A DNA stretch of 23,543 nt from Nannocystales bacterium. Lineage in GTDB: Bacteria; Myxococcota_A; Polyangia; Nannocystales; Nannocystaceae. The notes beneath the pieces are model-generated. The model was given only the letters and a program-made list of their open reading frames with translations. It was not told the origin of the DNA and searched no databases. A program made the translations under genes and the position numbers. Position 1 is the stretch's first letter, and each line of letters opens with the position of its first letter. Where the stretch lies: positions 1 through 23,543 of the forward strand of contig JBOEGF010000062.1 in assembly GCA_050633305.1 (NCBI GenBank). Direction: 5' to 3'. Of this stretch, positions 1-8,338 are shown piece by piece.

Positions 1-1506
1 GTGCAGGAGATCGAGAACATCACAGATCTCGACACGGCGAAGCACGCCCTGGCGATGGCGTTTGCAGAGATCCAGCGTCTCAACAAACGCATCGCGACGC
101 TGACGACCCAGCTCGCAGCGGCGAAGGGCAAGGCTGAGGCAGACCAGCTTCAGTTGGAGCTCCAGCATCTGCAGGAGCAGCTCGGCGCGTTTCAACACAA
201 GGTGTTCGGCGACTCGTCGGAGAAGCGACCGCGCGGCAAAGGTTCGCGACCTGCGAAGAAACCGAAGCGCGGCCACGGGCCTCGCGAGCAGCCCGAGTTG
301 ACGAAGCAAGAGGTCCTCTTCGAGCTGCCCGAAAGCGACCGCAGCTGCCCTTCGTGCGGAGAGCAGATGGCCGCCGTCCCGGGCCTGACCGAGGACAGCA
401 CCGTGATCGCGAAGCTCTCGCAGCAGTTTTGGGAACTGCTGGCGAAACGTCAGAAGTACCGATGCTCGTGCAACGGCGCGTTGCGGGTGGCACCGGGCCC
501 GCACAAAGCGATCGAAGGCGGACGGTACACGTTGGACTTCGCGGTGAACGTCGCGGTCGACAAATACGCCGACGCGCTGCCGCTTGAACGTCAAGTGCGG
601 ATCATGAAGCGTGCCGGGCTGCTGTGCGATTCGCAGACGCTGTGGGACCAACTCGACGCACTCGCCGTGCACCTCGAGCCGAGCTATCTCGCGCTGCGCG
701 AGTACATCATCGGCGCGGATGTCATCGGTGCGGACGAGACTTGGTGGCGGCTGATGCAGAAGAAGGCGAACAAGAAATGGTACGCCTGGGGCCTGACCAC
801 GCACGATGCGTGCTGGTACAAGCTGGCCGACAGCCGCTCCGCCAAACTCGCCTCGGAAGTTCTCGAGGGCTTCGAAGGCACGGTGCTCTGCGACGGCTAC
901 AAGGCGTACGAGACGGTCGCGAAAGAGTGTCGGTCGATCAAGCTGGCGCACTGCTGGGCACACGTTCGCCGCAAGTTCGTCGAGGCTGAGCCGAACTATC
1001 CGGTTCCGTGCGGCGAAGCGCTCGAGATGATCGGCGAGCTCTTCGCCATCGAAGACGGACTGCTGAAAGCCGACGCTCTCGAAGGCGATGCGAAGATCGA
1101 GTTGCTCAAGCTCCGGAAGGCGCAGCGCGAGAAGTACTCTCGCCCGCTACTCGACAAGCTCAAAGCTTGGGCGCTGACCCAGCGCGGGCTGCCGAAGAGT
1201 GGATTGCGCAAAGCGATCGACTACATGCTGCTGAGATGGAAGGGGCTTTGCGCCTTCCTCGACGACCCGCACGTCGAGATCCACAACAACCAGACCGAGC
1301 GTGCGCTTCGGGGCATGGTTCTCGGGCGGAAGAACCACTACGGCTCGCGTTCGAAGCGAGGGACCGAGGTCGCGGCGATCATGTACAGCCTCGTCGAGTC
1401 GGCGAAGCTGTGCGGCGTGAACCCGGTTGAGTACCTGTTCAAGGCGGCCGTTCGAGCGACCAAGACGCCCGGCGCAACGATGCTGCCCAACGAACTGACC
1501 GTGTAG
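1..1506 (+). CDS. tnpC: IS66 family transposase TnpC
   Basis: N-terminal coiled coil ending FGDSSEK, CPSCG..CSC zinc finger, LPLERQ, ADETWW, CDGYKAY, CWAHVRRKF, NNQTERALR, GRKN and AKLCGVNP motifs typical of IS66 TnpC. Confidence 0.95.
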   Translation: MQEIENITDLDTAKHALAMAFAEIQRLNKRIATLTTQLAAAKGKAEADQLQLELQHLQEQLGAFQHKVFGDSSEKRPRGKGSRPAKKPKRGHGPREQPELTKQEVLFELPESDRSCPSCGEQMAAVPGLTEDSTVIAKLSQQFWELLAKRQKYRCSCNGALRVAPGPHKAIEGGRYTLDFAVNVAVDKYADALPLERQVRIMKRAGLLCDSQTLWDQLDALAVHLEPSYLALREYIIGADVIGADETWWRLMQKKANKKWYAWGLTTHDACWYKLADSRSAKLASEVLEGFEGTVLCDGYKAYETVAKECRSIKLAHCWAHVRRKFVEAEPNYPVPCGEALEMIGELFAIEDGLLKADALEGDAKIELLKLRKAQREKYSRPLLDKLKAWALTQRGLPKSGLRKAIDYMLLRWKGLCAFLDDPHVEIHNNQTERALRGMVLGRKNHYGSRSKRGTEVAAIMYSLVESAKLCGVNPVEYLFKAAVRATKTPGATMLPNELTV

Positions 1507-1528
1507 CCGCGGCTTTCGCCGCCGCTAC
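1503..1528 (+). terminator. GC-rich hairpin at tnpC stop
   Basis: GTAGCCGCGGC-TTTC-GCCGCCGCTAC, stem with one mismatch; no U-tract. Confidence 0.35.
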
Positions 1529-1569
1529 GCGACGAGTTCGTGCTCTGGCCCGGCACGGCGAGGACTTAC

Positions 1570-1800
1570 TCTCTTCGAGTCCGTCAGCGCCCTGAAATCC
1601 GCACAACAGAGCTCCGGCGTCTCTTTGGGGATCGTTCGACCGTGCTCGATCGATGGAGTTCGGTTGCGCGACAAGGGAGAGGATGCGCGGCGTGAGTGGC
1701 AAGAGCGCGAAGATGAGATCATCAACCAACCCCGTCTGAACTACATGCTCGAGCCCATGCGTCTGGCCTTCATTGACGTGGATGTCATGGTCCGATGGAC
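1570..1800 (+). pseudogene. 3' part of a conserved hypothetical gene interrupted by IS66
   Basis: Frame is open from 1571: LFESVSALKSAQQSSGVSLGIVRPCSIDG...AFIDVDVMVRW, starting exactly at the IS end with no start codon; the right boundary is approximate. Confidence 0.6.
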
Positions 1801-2280
1801 GAGTGCGCCTGCATTGCTCCGTTTTCCTTGGCGTAGACGCCGGACGTTGGAGCCTATCGAGACCGTGAGCGCACGTAGGCCGGCCGGATCCACGACCCTC
1901 GCGTACCGCGCCGCCCTGGAACCGGTAATGTAACATCGTATGTTGTATTAATGGTTTCAAGAAAACACCGCTCAGGCGCCGCTATGCGCCGCCAGTAGCA
2001 GCCGCACTCGCCATCCTTGCCGCTACCACGCCACGTGCCCATGCGAGAAGTGACAAGGGTGCTGAGCTAGCTCCTCGCAGAGCGATTCGCTCTGGGGCGT
2101 ACGTCCTCGTTGCACCTGGGACCTCACAACTCCGGCTGCAGAATCGCGGCTATCCGCGGATGAGGCGGCTTGGGCTTGGGGCCTCGGTGGCGGATACGTT
2201 TGGCGGCCCGACCGCTTGCTCCGTATGTCCGTTGGGGCGTCGTTCGAGCATGCCCCGCTTCGCTTCACGGACAGCTCCTA

Positions 2281-2326
2281 CAGCGGGGAGGAGTTTCCAG
2301 CGGGGAGGAGTTTCGGTTCCTCCCCG
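2281..2326. repeat. 17-bp tandem duplication plus hairpin
   Basis: CAGCGGGGAGGAGTTTC at 2281-2297 and 2298-2314; CGGGGAGGA (2301-2309) pairs with TCCTCCCCG (2318-2326). Confidence 0.85.
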
Positions 2327-2334
2327 TTCTGCGC

Positions 2335-2512
2335 TTAGGCGAAGAGATGAGGCGAGCGCTCGAGCAAGATGGCGCGGGCTTCGGCCTCGGCGGAAGGAAT
2401 TTCCTCCCCCACCTCAACCGTATCCGGGTTGATCCGCAGGCTCTCCGGTCGTGGGTCAGAGGGGCTCTTGGAACACTCCACGCTGATCCATTGGAAGTTC
2501 TTGAATGCCGAT
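2335..2512 (-). pseudogene. Upstream part of the same hypothetical gene, in inverted orientation
   Basis: Minus frame reads SAFKNFQWISVECSKSPSDPRPESLRINPDTVEVGEEIPSAEAEARAILLERSPHLFA*; HLF overlaps the LF that begins the 1571 fragment through the shared TCTCTTCG. Confidence 0.55.
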
Positions 2513-2625
2513 CAGGCCCTTGCATGCCGGTGTCTACGCGGTAAGGGCCAACGTGTCCCGCATTGGTCCGTCGGCCGCCGAGCCGGCGAGGACGGGCTCA
2601 GCAGACAGGTTGTATCTTTACGGGG

Positions 2626-3306
2626 ATGGGGCGAAGTAAGAAGGCGGCGGCACCCGCCCGTAGCAACACTGAGCTACGAAGACTAGTGCTGGAGTACTTC
2701 TATGAGCGAAGTCAGAACGCCACGAGTGCTCGAGGGAAACAGGGACTGGCGATAAAAATCAGCGATGTCAAACGCGAACTAAGACTCTCTGAGCAGCTGT
2801 CCCAGAAGGAAGTAATGGCGAACCTATTGTACCTGTTGAGTGAAGGGTGGGTAGAAGAGGAGAAGGTGGAGAAGCAGGTGCCGACGAAATCCGGAACGGT
2901 AGTGCCCAGCACGACCAGCTACTACAAGATTACGGCGAGGGGCATCGACAAAATCGAAGGGGAAGGAGAGTTTACCATGGACAAATTCAAGGGAATCAAG
3001 ATCGAAGCGACGGGGCAGAACATCATCACCGTGGGGGATGGGAACCAGGTCAATGCGCTTCACAAGGAACAGGCTGACGCGCTCCTCCTGCTCCGTTCAT
3101 CAGTCCTAACCGCGCCGGAACTCAGCGAGCCAGGCAAGCTCGATATCGTCTCCGATATCGACACCATCCAGACCCAGCTGGCGAAGGCGACTCCGAGCAG
3201 AACAATTGTCTCGGCAGCGTGGGATTCGATTAAGAACCTCGCCACAGGGGCCTCGCTCGCCGTGAACCTGGCCAAAGTGGGCGAGCTTCTGGCGCCCCTT
3301 TGCTAG
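2626..3306 (+). CDS. Hypothetical protein, possible winged-helix N-terminal domain (226 aa)
   Basis: Well-formed ORF from ATG 2626, visibly lower GC than neighbours; NLLYLLSEGWVE...YYKITARGIDKIE resembles a wHTH recognition helix and wing. Confidence 0.7.
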   Translation: MGRSKKAAAPARSNTELRRLVLEYFYERSQNATSARGKQGLAIKISDVKRELRLSEQLSQKEVMANLLYLLSEGWVEEEKVEKQVPTKSGTVVPSTTSYYKITARGIDKIEGEGEFTMDKFKGIKIEATGQNIITVGDGNQVNALHKEQADALLLLRSSVLTAPELSEPGKLDIVSDIDTIQTQLAKATPSRTIVSAAWDSIKNLATGASLAVNLAKVGELLAPLC

Positions 3307-3395
3307 TGTCCTGGTCGCCTAATTTGCTCGAGAGTTGGGGGTGTTGTGGCTCGGGAGTATGCGCGGAGCCGAGTAATTCAGTCCTCGGGAAGCGG

Positions 3396-3605
3396 TAGGC
3401 GGGATACATCACCAACGTTTGGACCGGCGAGGGCTGGTTGTATCTCGCTGTTGTCATCGACCTCGGCTCGCGCCGCACCGTCGGCTGGGCCGTCGCGGAG
3501 CCCATGAAGACCGAGCTCGCTCGAAGCGCGTTGACGATGGCCCTTGGAGGACTGCGATCCTGTGCATCACACCGAATGCGCGAACGCGGGTGCCAATACG
3601 CGTCC
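3396..3605 (+). pseudogene. IS3 family transposase (integrase core) relic
   Basis: *AGYITNVWTGEGWLYLAVVIDLGSRRTVGW...ERGCQYAS matches W-x-x-DIT...GWLYLAVVID..SR...DRGSQY; Trp changed to TAG and the first catalytic Asp to Tyr. Confidence 0.85.
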
Positions 3606-4020
3606 GTAGTGCAGGATCGGGTCAACGCGCGCTCTCCGGCTGGCGTTCGCGCAAGTTCCTCAAGCTCGCTGGCCCAATCGACGAACCGCCGGAGGAGGAG
3701 GCCGCAATCCCGAGGATCCCGCCCGCATCAGGCACAGCGCGACGCGAGCCTGCAACGCCACTGTGCGGGGTCGAAGGTACGTGCCCGGCCGCATCGGCCC
3801 CAGCAACACCGCGCACCACCGTCGCCGGAAGTTTAACGCCCTAAGAGGCCACAGCTAGTCTGTGGGTCCCCGAAGGAGCAGAGCACAGGGTTGCTCGCCG
3901 GCCGAGCGCAGGCGGCCTCGCGGATCAGCCATGGGCCCAGTACCGAACACTCGAACACTTGAACTCACCCCAGAAGTGGGTCCGCCTTGCGCGCCGGGTG
4001 TGGAGGGCCACCGACACAAG

Positions 4021-4053
4021 CCGATTGACAGTCGGTTTTTTGCCCCCCATGCT
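4021..4053 (+). promoter_or_regulatory. Sigma70 promoter with overlapping palindromic operator
   Basis: TTGACA (4025-4030), 17 bp, CATGCT (4048-4053); imperfect palindrome CCGATTG-A-CAGTCGG (4021-4035) covers the -35. Confidence 0.75.
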
Positions 4054-4080
4054 TCCGCGGCAATGCCATCGCGCGCCGAC

Positions 4081-4488
4081 ATGCGTTCGACTCCCTGGGG
4101 TCTCCTGGGCGAGCTCGAGCTCGCTGTCCTTGAGTGTCTTTGGGACTCGGGCGGTGCGGATGCCAAAGAGGTCCACGGCAAGCTCGGGCAAACGCGCGGC
4201 ATAACGTTGAACACCGTGCAGTCGGCGATGAAGCGATTGCACGAGAAGGCCTTGCTCCGGCGAACCAAAGTCAGCCACGCTTTCGTCTACGAGCCGGCGC
4301 TGACCAAAGAAGACTTCCAGCGTGACGCGGTGGGAGAGGTTGTCGAAGCCCTCTTGCATGGTGAGGCCGATGCGATGGTTGCCGCATTCGTCGATGTTGC
4401 GGAGCGTGCAGGCGGTGACACCCTCGCGCAGCTCGAGCGTCTGATCGCCGACCGACGTCGCGCCAACGCCGATACGGGGGCGAAATGA
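4081..4488 (+). CDS. BlaI/MecI/CopY family transcriptional repressor
   Basis: LGELELAVLECLW, TVQSAMKRLHEKALLRR, HAFVYEP; alternative start ATG 4063; no CopY-type C-terminal Cys motif. Confidence 0.92.
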   Translation: MRSTPWGLLGELELAVLECLWDSGGADAKEVHGKLGQTRGITLNTVQSAMKRLHEKALLRRTKVSHAFVYEPALTKEDFQRDAVGEVVEALLHGEADAMVAAFVDVAERAGGDTLAQLERLIADRRRANADTGAK

Positions 4489-5465
4489 ACGTCCTTGTGG
4501 TCGCCCTGCTCGCGGCCATCTCGTTCACGGCGCTCACCGCTGCCGCGACAGCCCTGGCCTACCCACACGCACGTTCGTGGATCGGCCGACTCTCCGGCGA
4601 ACGCAGGAGTGCGATCCTGCTCGGCGTCCTCGCGACCCCCTTCGTTGCGGGCATCCTGCTCACCGCGCTCGCGCTCCTGCCGGGACTCGTGGGCATCGCG
4701 TGGCCGGGACTGGACCACTGCACGGGCCACGACGACCATCATTTTCATCTGTGCCTGGTTCACACCCCAGGCCTCGCAGGCCTTGGTTCGTTCACCGCGT
4801 TCATCTGCGCGGCGTTCGTTCCCGCTGGCGTTCGATTGGGCGCCACGGCCGTTCGCGTCCACCGGGCGCGCCGCTTGGTCGGCATCCTCGACACCAACGC
4901 GACGCTCGACGCCGGCGGGTCCCATGCGGTAGTGGAGTCGGAGCTCCCCTTTGCGCTGACCGCGGGGCTCCTTGCGCCGCGGGTGTTCGTGACCTCGGCG
5001 CTGCTTCGCGACCTCGACTCGACTTCGATTGCAGCCATGCTCGCGCACGAGGCTGCGCACGTGCGTCGGCGAGACCCGCTGCGAAAACTTCTCGGCGACA
5101 TGCTCTCCGCGTTTCACCTCCCGGGAGCCCGCTCGACGCTGCTGGCGGACCTCTCCTTGGCCTGCGAAGAATCTTGCGACGAAAGTGCCGCCGCGCAGAT
5201 CGGCGACCGCGCGGACGTTGCGGCTGCCCTCGTGGCGTTGGGGCGCTTGATCGAACGAACACCGGAGCGCCCCGCGCTGGTGGGCGCAGCGTTTGGAGAT
5301 TCGGACATCGAAACCCGCGTTCGCTCGTTGCTCAGCGCACCGAAGATCGACCCGCGCATTCCGAGTCGCGGAGTGTGGATCGCCGGGGCCACCCTGGTCG
5401 CGGCTCTGGTGGTCGTTCCGGTGCATCACATCACCGAATCACTTCTCGGTTCCGTACTCGGATAG
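4485..5465 (+). CDS. M56 (BlaR1-like) membrane metallopeptidase with a His/Cys-rich loop and no penicillin-binding domain
   Basis: TM helices, TAGLLAPRVFV, HEAAHVRRRD zinc motif, ACEESCD; loop DHCTGHDDHHFHLCLVH; ATGA overlap with the repressor gene. Confidence 0.9.
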   Translation: MNVLVVALLAAISFTALTAAATALAYPHARSWIGRLSGERRSAILLGVLATPFVAGILLTALALLPGLVGIAWPGLDHCTGHDDHHFHLCLVHTPGLAGLGSFTAFICAAFVPAGVRLGATAVRVHRARRLVGILDTNATLDAGGSHAVVESELPFALTAGLLAPRVFVTSALLRDLDSTSIAAMLAHEAAHVRRRDPLRKLLGDMLSAFHLPGARSTLLADLSLACEESCDESAAAQIGDRADVAAALVALGRLIERTPERPALVGAAFGDSDIETRVRSLLSAPKIDPRIPSRGVWIAGATLVAALVVVPVHHITESLLGSVLG

Positions 5466-5475
5466 CAAGACGCCC

Positions 5476-6771
5476 ATGGCACCCGGACAACGAAGCCCAC
5501 TCTCAAAACCGATTGTCAGTCGGTGTATCTCCCTCGCCCTGGCTGGGTGCTTGGGCTCCAGCACGGCGAGCGCCGCCGCCGACCCGCGGGCACTGACCGA
5601 GACTGAGGCCTTGGAGCGAGCGTTGACCAACCCCTCCCTCGCCGAGCTTCGCGCAGGATGGGTAGGGGCCGCCAAGGCGGATGGTCTCGATCGGGCGGCC
5701 TGGCAGAATCCGTCGCTTTCGTACACCCGCGAGCAACTCATCGGCAGCACCGTCTTGGGCGAGGACTACCTCACCCTCTCGCAGCAGTTCGATCTCTCGG
5801 GCCGCAGGTCTCTGGCTCGTCAGGCCGCGGCGCAGCGCGAGGGCGCAGCCGGGCACTCGGCGGACGCCGTCCTGCTGGAGTTCAAGGCGGAGGTTCGACG
5901 ACGATTCTATCGGTTGCTCCACGCTCAGCGACGTCAGGCCTCGCTTTCCGCCTGGCACGGGCGAGTCGGGCAGCGCCTCGAGGCTGTGGTCGCGCGCGAG
6001 GCGGCTGGGGACGCGGCGGCGTATGACCGGGTCCGCCTCGAGCAAGAGCTGACGGCCATCGAGGCACGCATGGCAAAGGAGGGAGCGGGGAAGGCGAAGG
6101 CGTGGGCGCTGCTCCGTGCGTTGGTGGACGGTGCCTCCCCCGAAGAGCGTGGCGGATGGTCGCGGGCCGAACCGCGCCTCACCGGCGAGCTTCTGCCGTC
6201 GCGGTCCGGTCTGGCCAAGCAGGACGCGGTGGATCAGCTCACCGACCTGCCCAGCGCCAAGGCACGCGAAGCGGAAGCACGGGCACTGAGGCTGGACGCG
6301 CGAGGGTCGTCACGATGGTGGGTTCCCAACCCCAGCGTCGGTGCTGGCTACAAGGGGGTCGACCTTGGCGGCGGGGCTCGGGCAAACGGGTTCGTATTCA
6401 CACTGAGCATTCCGTTGCCCGCGTTCGACCGCCGACGAGGAGACAGGACTCGAGCGGTCGCGCAGTCCCAATCTCTGGGTGCCCAGACGAACTTGGCCGC
6501 AGCCGAGGCGCGCGGACAAGCGGCGGGGCTGTGGGAGGAGCTGAACCACCTTAGCGCCGCCGCGCAAACCCTGGCGCAAGACGGGGGACGACAATCCGAA
6601 GCCCTGCTCGCTGCCGTAGAGGCCGGTTACCTGGGCGGCGAGATCGGCGTCATGGAACTCCTGGACGCCTACCGAAGCGCAACGAGTACCGACCTCATGG
6701 TCCTCGACCTCGCCATGGACGCTCGCCGGGCCGAGATCGATCTTTCCCGACTCACGGAGACCGCAACGTGA
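5476..6771 (+). CDS. czcC: TolC/CzcC family outer membrane efflux protein
   Basis: Signal peptide, NPSLSY, LSIPLPAFDR, YLGGEIGVMELLDAYR motifs; start taken at ATG 5476 because the longer ORF overlaps the M56 gene. Confidence 0.88.
   Translation: MAPGQRSPLSKPIVSRCISLALAGCLGSSTASAAADPRALTETEALERALTNPSLAELRAGWVGAAKADGLDRAAWQNPSLSYTREQLIGSTVLGEDYLTLSQQFDLSGRRSLARQAAAQREGAAGHSADAVLLEFKAEVRRRFYRLLHAQRRQASLSAWHGRVGQRLEAVVAREAAGDAAAYDRVRLEQELTAIEARMAKEGAGKAKAWALLRALVDGASPEERGGWSRAEPRLTGELLPSRSGLAKQDAVDQLTDLPSAKAREAEARALRLDARGSSRWWVPNPSVGAGYKGVDLGGGARANGFVFTLSIPLPAFDRRRGDRTRAVAQSQSLGAQTNLAAAEARGQAAGLWEELNHLSAAAQTLAQDGGRQSEALLAAVEAGYLGGEIGVMELLDAYRSATSTDLMVLDLAMDARRAEIDLSRLTETAT
5509..5523. promoter_or_regulatory. 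Second copy of the putative BlaI-type operator
   Basis: CCGATTGTCAGTCGG, 14/15 identical to 4021-4035. Confidence 0.6.
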
Positions 6772-8330
6772 AGTTCATCCACCGACCGACCCTCGTGCTC
6801 GCGGGAGTCCTTTCCGCCTGCTCACTTTTCCATCCCGATGATCACGCGCACGATGCCGAGGGGGAACACGCCGCCCCGGGCGACAAACGAGATGCGGTCG
6901 CGTCCACGACCTGGACCGAGAACACGGAGCTGTTCGTCGAGTTCCCGGTCCTGGTGGTCGGGCACGAATCGCCCTTCGCCGCCCACTTCACTTGGCTCGA
7001 AGGTTTCGGGCCGGTCGCCACCGGCCAAGTCTCGGTGGTGTTGTCCGGTGGGGGCGGGGCGGAGGAGACATTCTCCTCCGAACCCAGCAGCACTCCTGGA
7101 ATCTTCCGACCCGTGGTCTCCCCTTCGCACGCTGGCGAGCGCCAAGTGCTCGTCGTGCTGGAGTCCGCGGGAAAACGCGAAGAGCATTCGCTCGGGACCA
7201 TCCGCGTCCTGGTGGCGCTCCCCGATGCGCCGCCATCGGAGCCGGAGGACGACGGTTCGATCAGCTTCCTCAAAGAGCAGCAGTGGAAGATGCGCTTCTC
7301 CACCGCCGTCGTGCGTACCGGGAGCATGAGGCCTTCGTTCTCGGCGTTTGGAACCGCCGGGCCCCGAGCTGATGGTGACGTCGTCGTCGGCGCTCCGGCC
7401 ACCGGTCGCCTCGTGACCGCGAAGGGTCCGCTGCCCGTCGTGGGCAGTACGGTCGACAGCGGTGGAGTCCTGGCGCGCCTGATTCCGCGCCTCGAGGGCA
7501 CGGCGGACGTCGCCTCCCTCGACCTCGCCGGGGCGGCGGCCCGCCTGGATGTTGAGCAGGCGGTCCGCGAGCGCGAGCGCCTCGAAGGTTTGCTCGCGAG
7601 CGGCGTCGTCCCGGAGCGCCGGGTCGCCGAGGCTAGGCACGCCGAAGCCGCGGCGCGAGCTCAACTCAAGGCGGCGAACCGGCGCACGGGGCAGTATCGA
7701 AGGGTGCAGCGCGCGGGGGGCAAGGGCGCGCAGGGCATCGAGGTCCGCACGCCCCTGGCCGGGTCGGTGCTCGAGATTCATGCGGTGGCAGGCGCGTTCG
7801 TGGAGGACGGCGCCCCTTTGTTCCGCGTCGTCGACCCCAAGACGCTGTGGCTCTCGGCACGGGTCCCCGAGATCGACGTGCCGCAGATCTCAGCCATCGA
7901 CGGCGCCTGGTTCGACGTGCCCGGAGCGGAGCGACGGGTCGAAGTTGGGGCCGACGCTCTCGTCACCCGAGGAGGTGTGGTGGACCCGGTCACGCGCACG
8001 GTCGACGTCGTGTTTGCCATCCCGAACCCAGACGGACTCCTTCGGGTCGGAGCCGCGGTCCAGGTCCATCTGACGATCGGTCAGAGCACGGACGCGCTGT
8101 CGGTCTCGGAGGAGTCCATCATCATCGATTCGGGGCTGGCATACGTGTTCGTCCAAGCGGGCGGAGAGAGCTTCGAGCGGCGACAAGTTCGCACCGGGAT
8201 TCGAGATCGCGGCCGGGTGCAGATCATCGAAGGTGTGACCGCCGGCGAGCGTGTCGTGGGTGACGGCGCCTACGCGGTCAAGCTGGCATCGGCGTCCACC
8301 GCTCCCCCAGCCCACGGACACGCGCACTAG
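6768..8330 (+). CDS. czcB: RND efflux periplasmic adaptor (CzcB-like), lipoprotein
   Basis: Lipobox LSAC, His-rich N-terminus HPDDHAHD, APATGRL and TPLAGSV lipoyl halves, DPVTRTV, GERVVGDGAY, C-terminal HGHAH. Confidence 0.92.
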   Translation: MKFIHRPTLVLAGVLSACSLFHPDDHAHDAEGEHAAPGDKRDAVASTTWTENTELFVEFPVLVVGHESPFAAHFTWLEGFGPVATGQVSVVLSGGGGAEETFSSEPSSTPGIFRPVVSPSHAGERQVLVVLESAGKREEHSLGTIRVLVALPDAPPSEPEDDGSISFLKEQQWKMRFSTAVVRTGSMRPSFSAFGTAGPRADGDVVVGAPATGRLVTAKGPLPVVGSTVDSGGVLARLIPRLEGTADVASLDLAGAAARLDVEQAVRERERLEGLLASGVVPERRVAEARHAEAAARAQLKAANRRTGQYRRVQRAGGKGAQGIEVRTPLAGSVLEIHAVAGAFVEDGAPLFRVVDPKTLWLSARVPEIDVPQISAIDGAWFDVPGAERRVEVGADALVTRGGVVDPVTRTVDVVFAIPNPDGLLRVGAAVQVHLTIGQSTDALSVSEESIIIDSGLAYVFVQAGGESFERRQVRTGIRDRGRVQIIEGVTAGERVVGDGAYAVKLASASTAPPAHGHAH

Positions 8331-8338
8331 GACTCCAG

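Larger units (their letters stand above)
1..1569 (+). mobile_element. IS66 element, right part; terminal IR ends at 1569
   Basis: Sequence ends ...GGCACGGCGAGGACTTAC (reverse complement GTAAGTCCTCGCCGTGCC), the GTAA terminus typical of IS66. The following 8 bp, TCTCTTCG (1570-1577), are the putative target duplication. Left end is outside the window. Confidence 0.8.

Noticed and set aside
1921..1948. dif/Xer site
   Set aside because: Only a partial XerD-like arm; no XerC arm at the right spacing.
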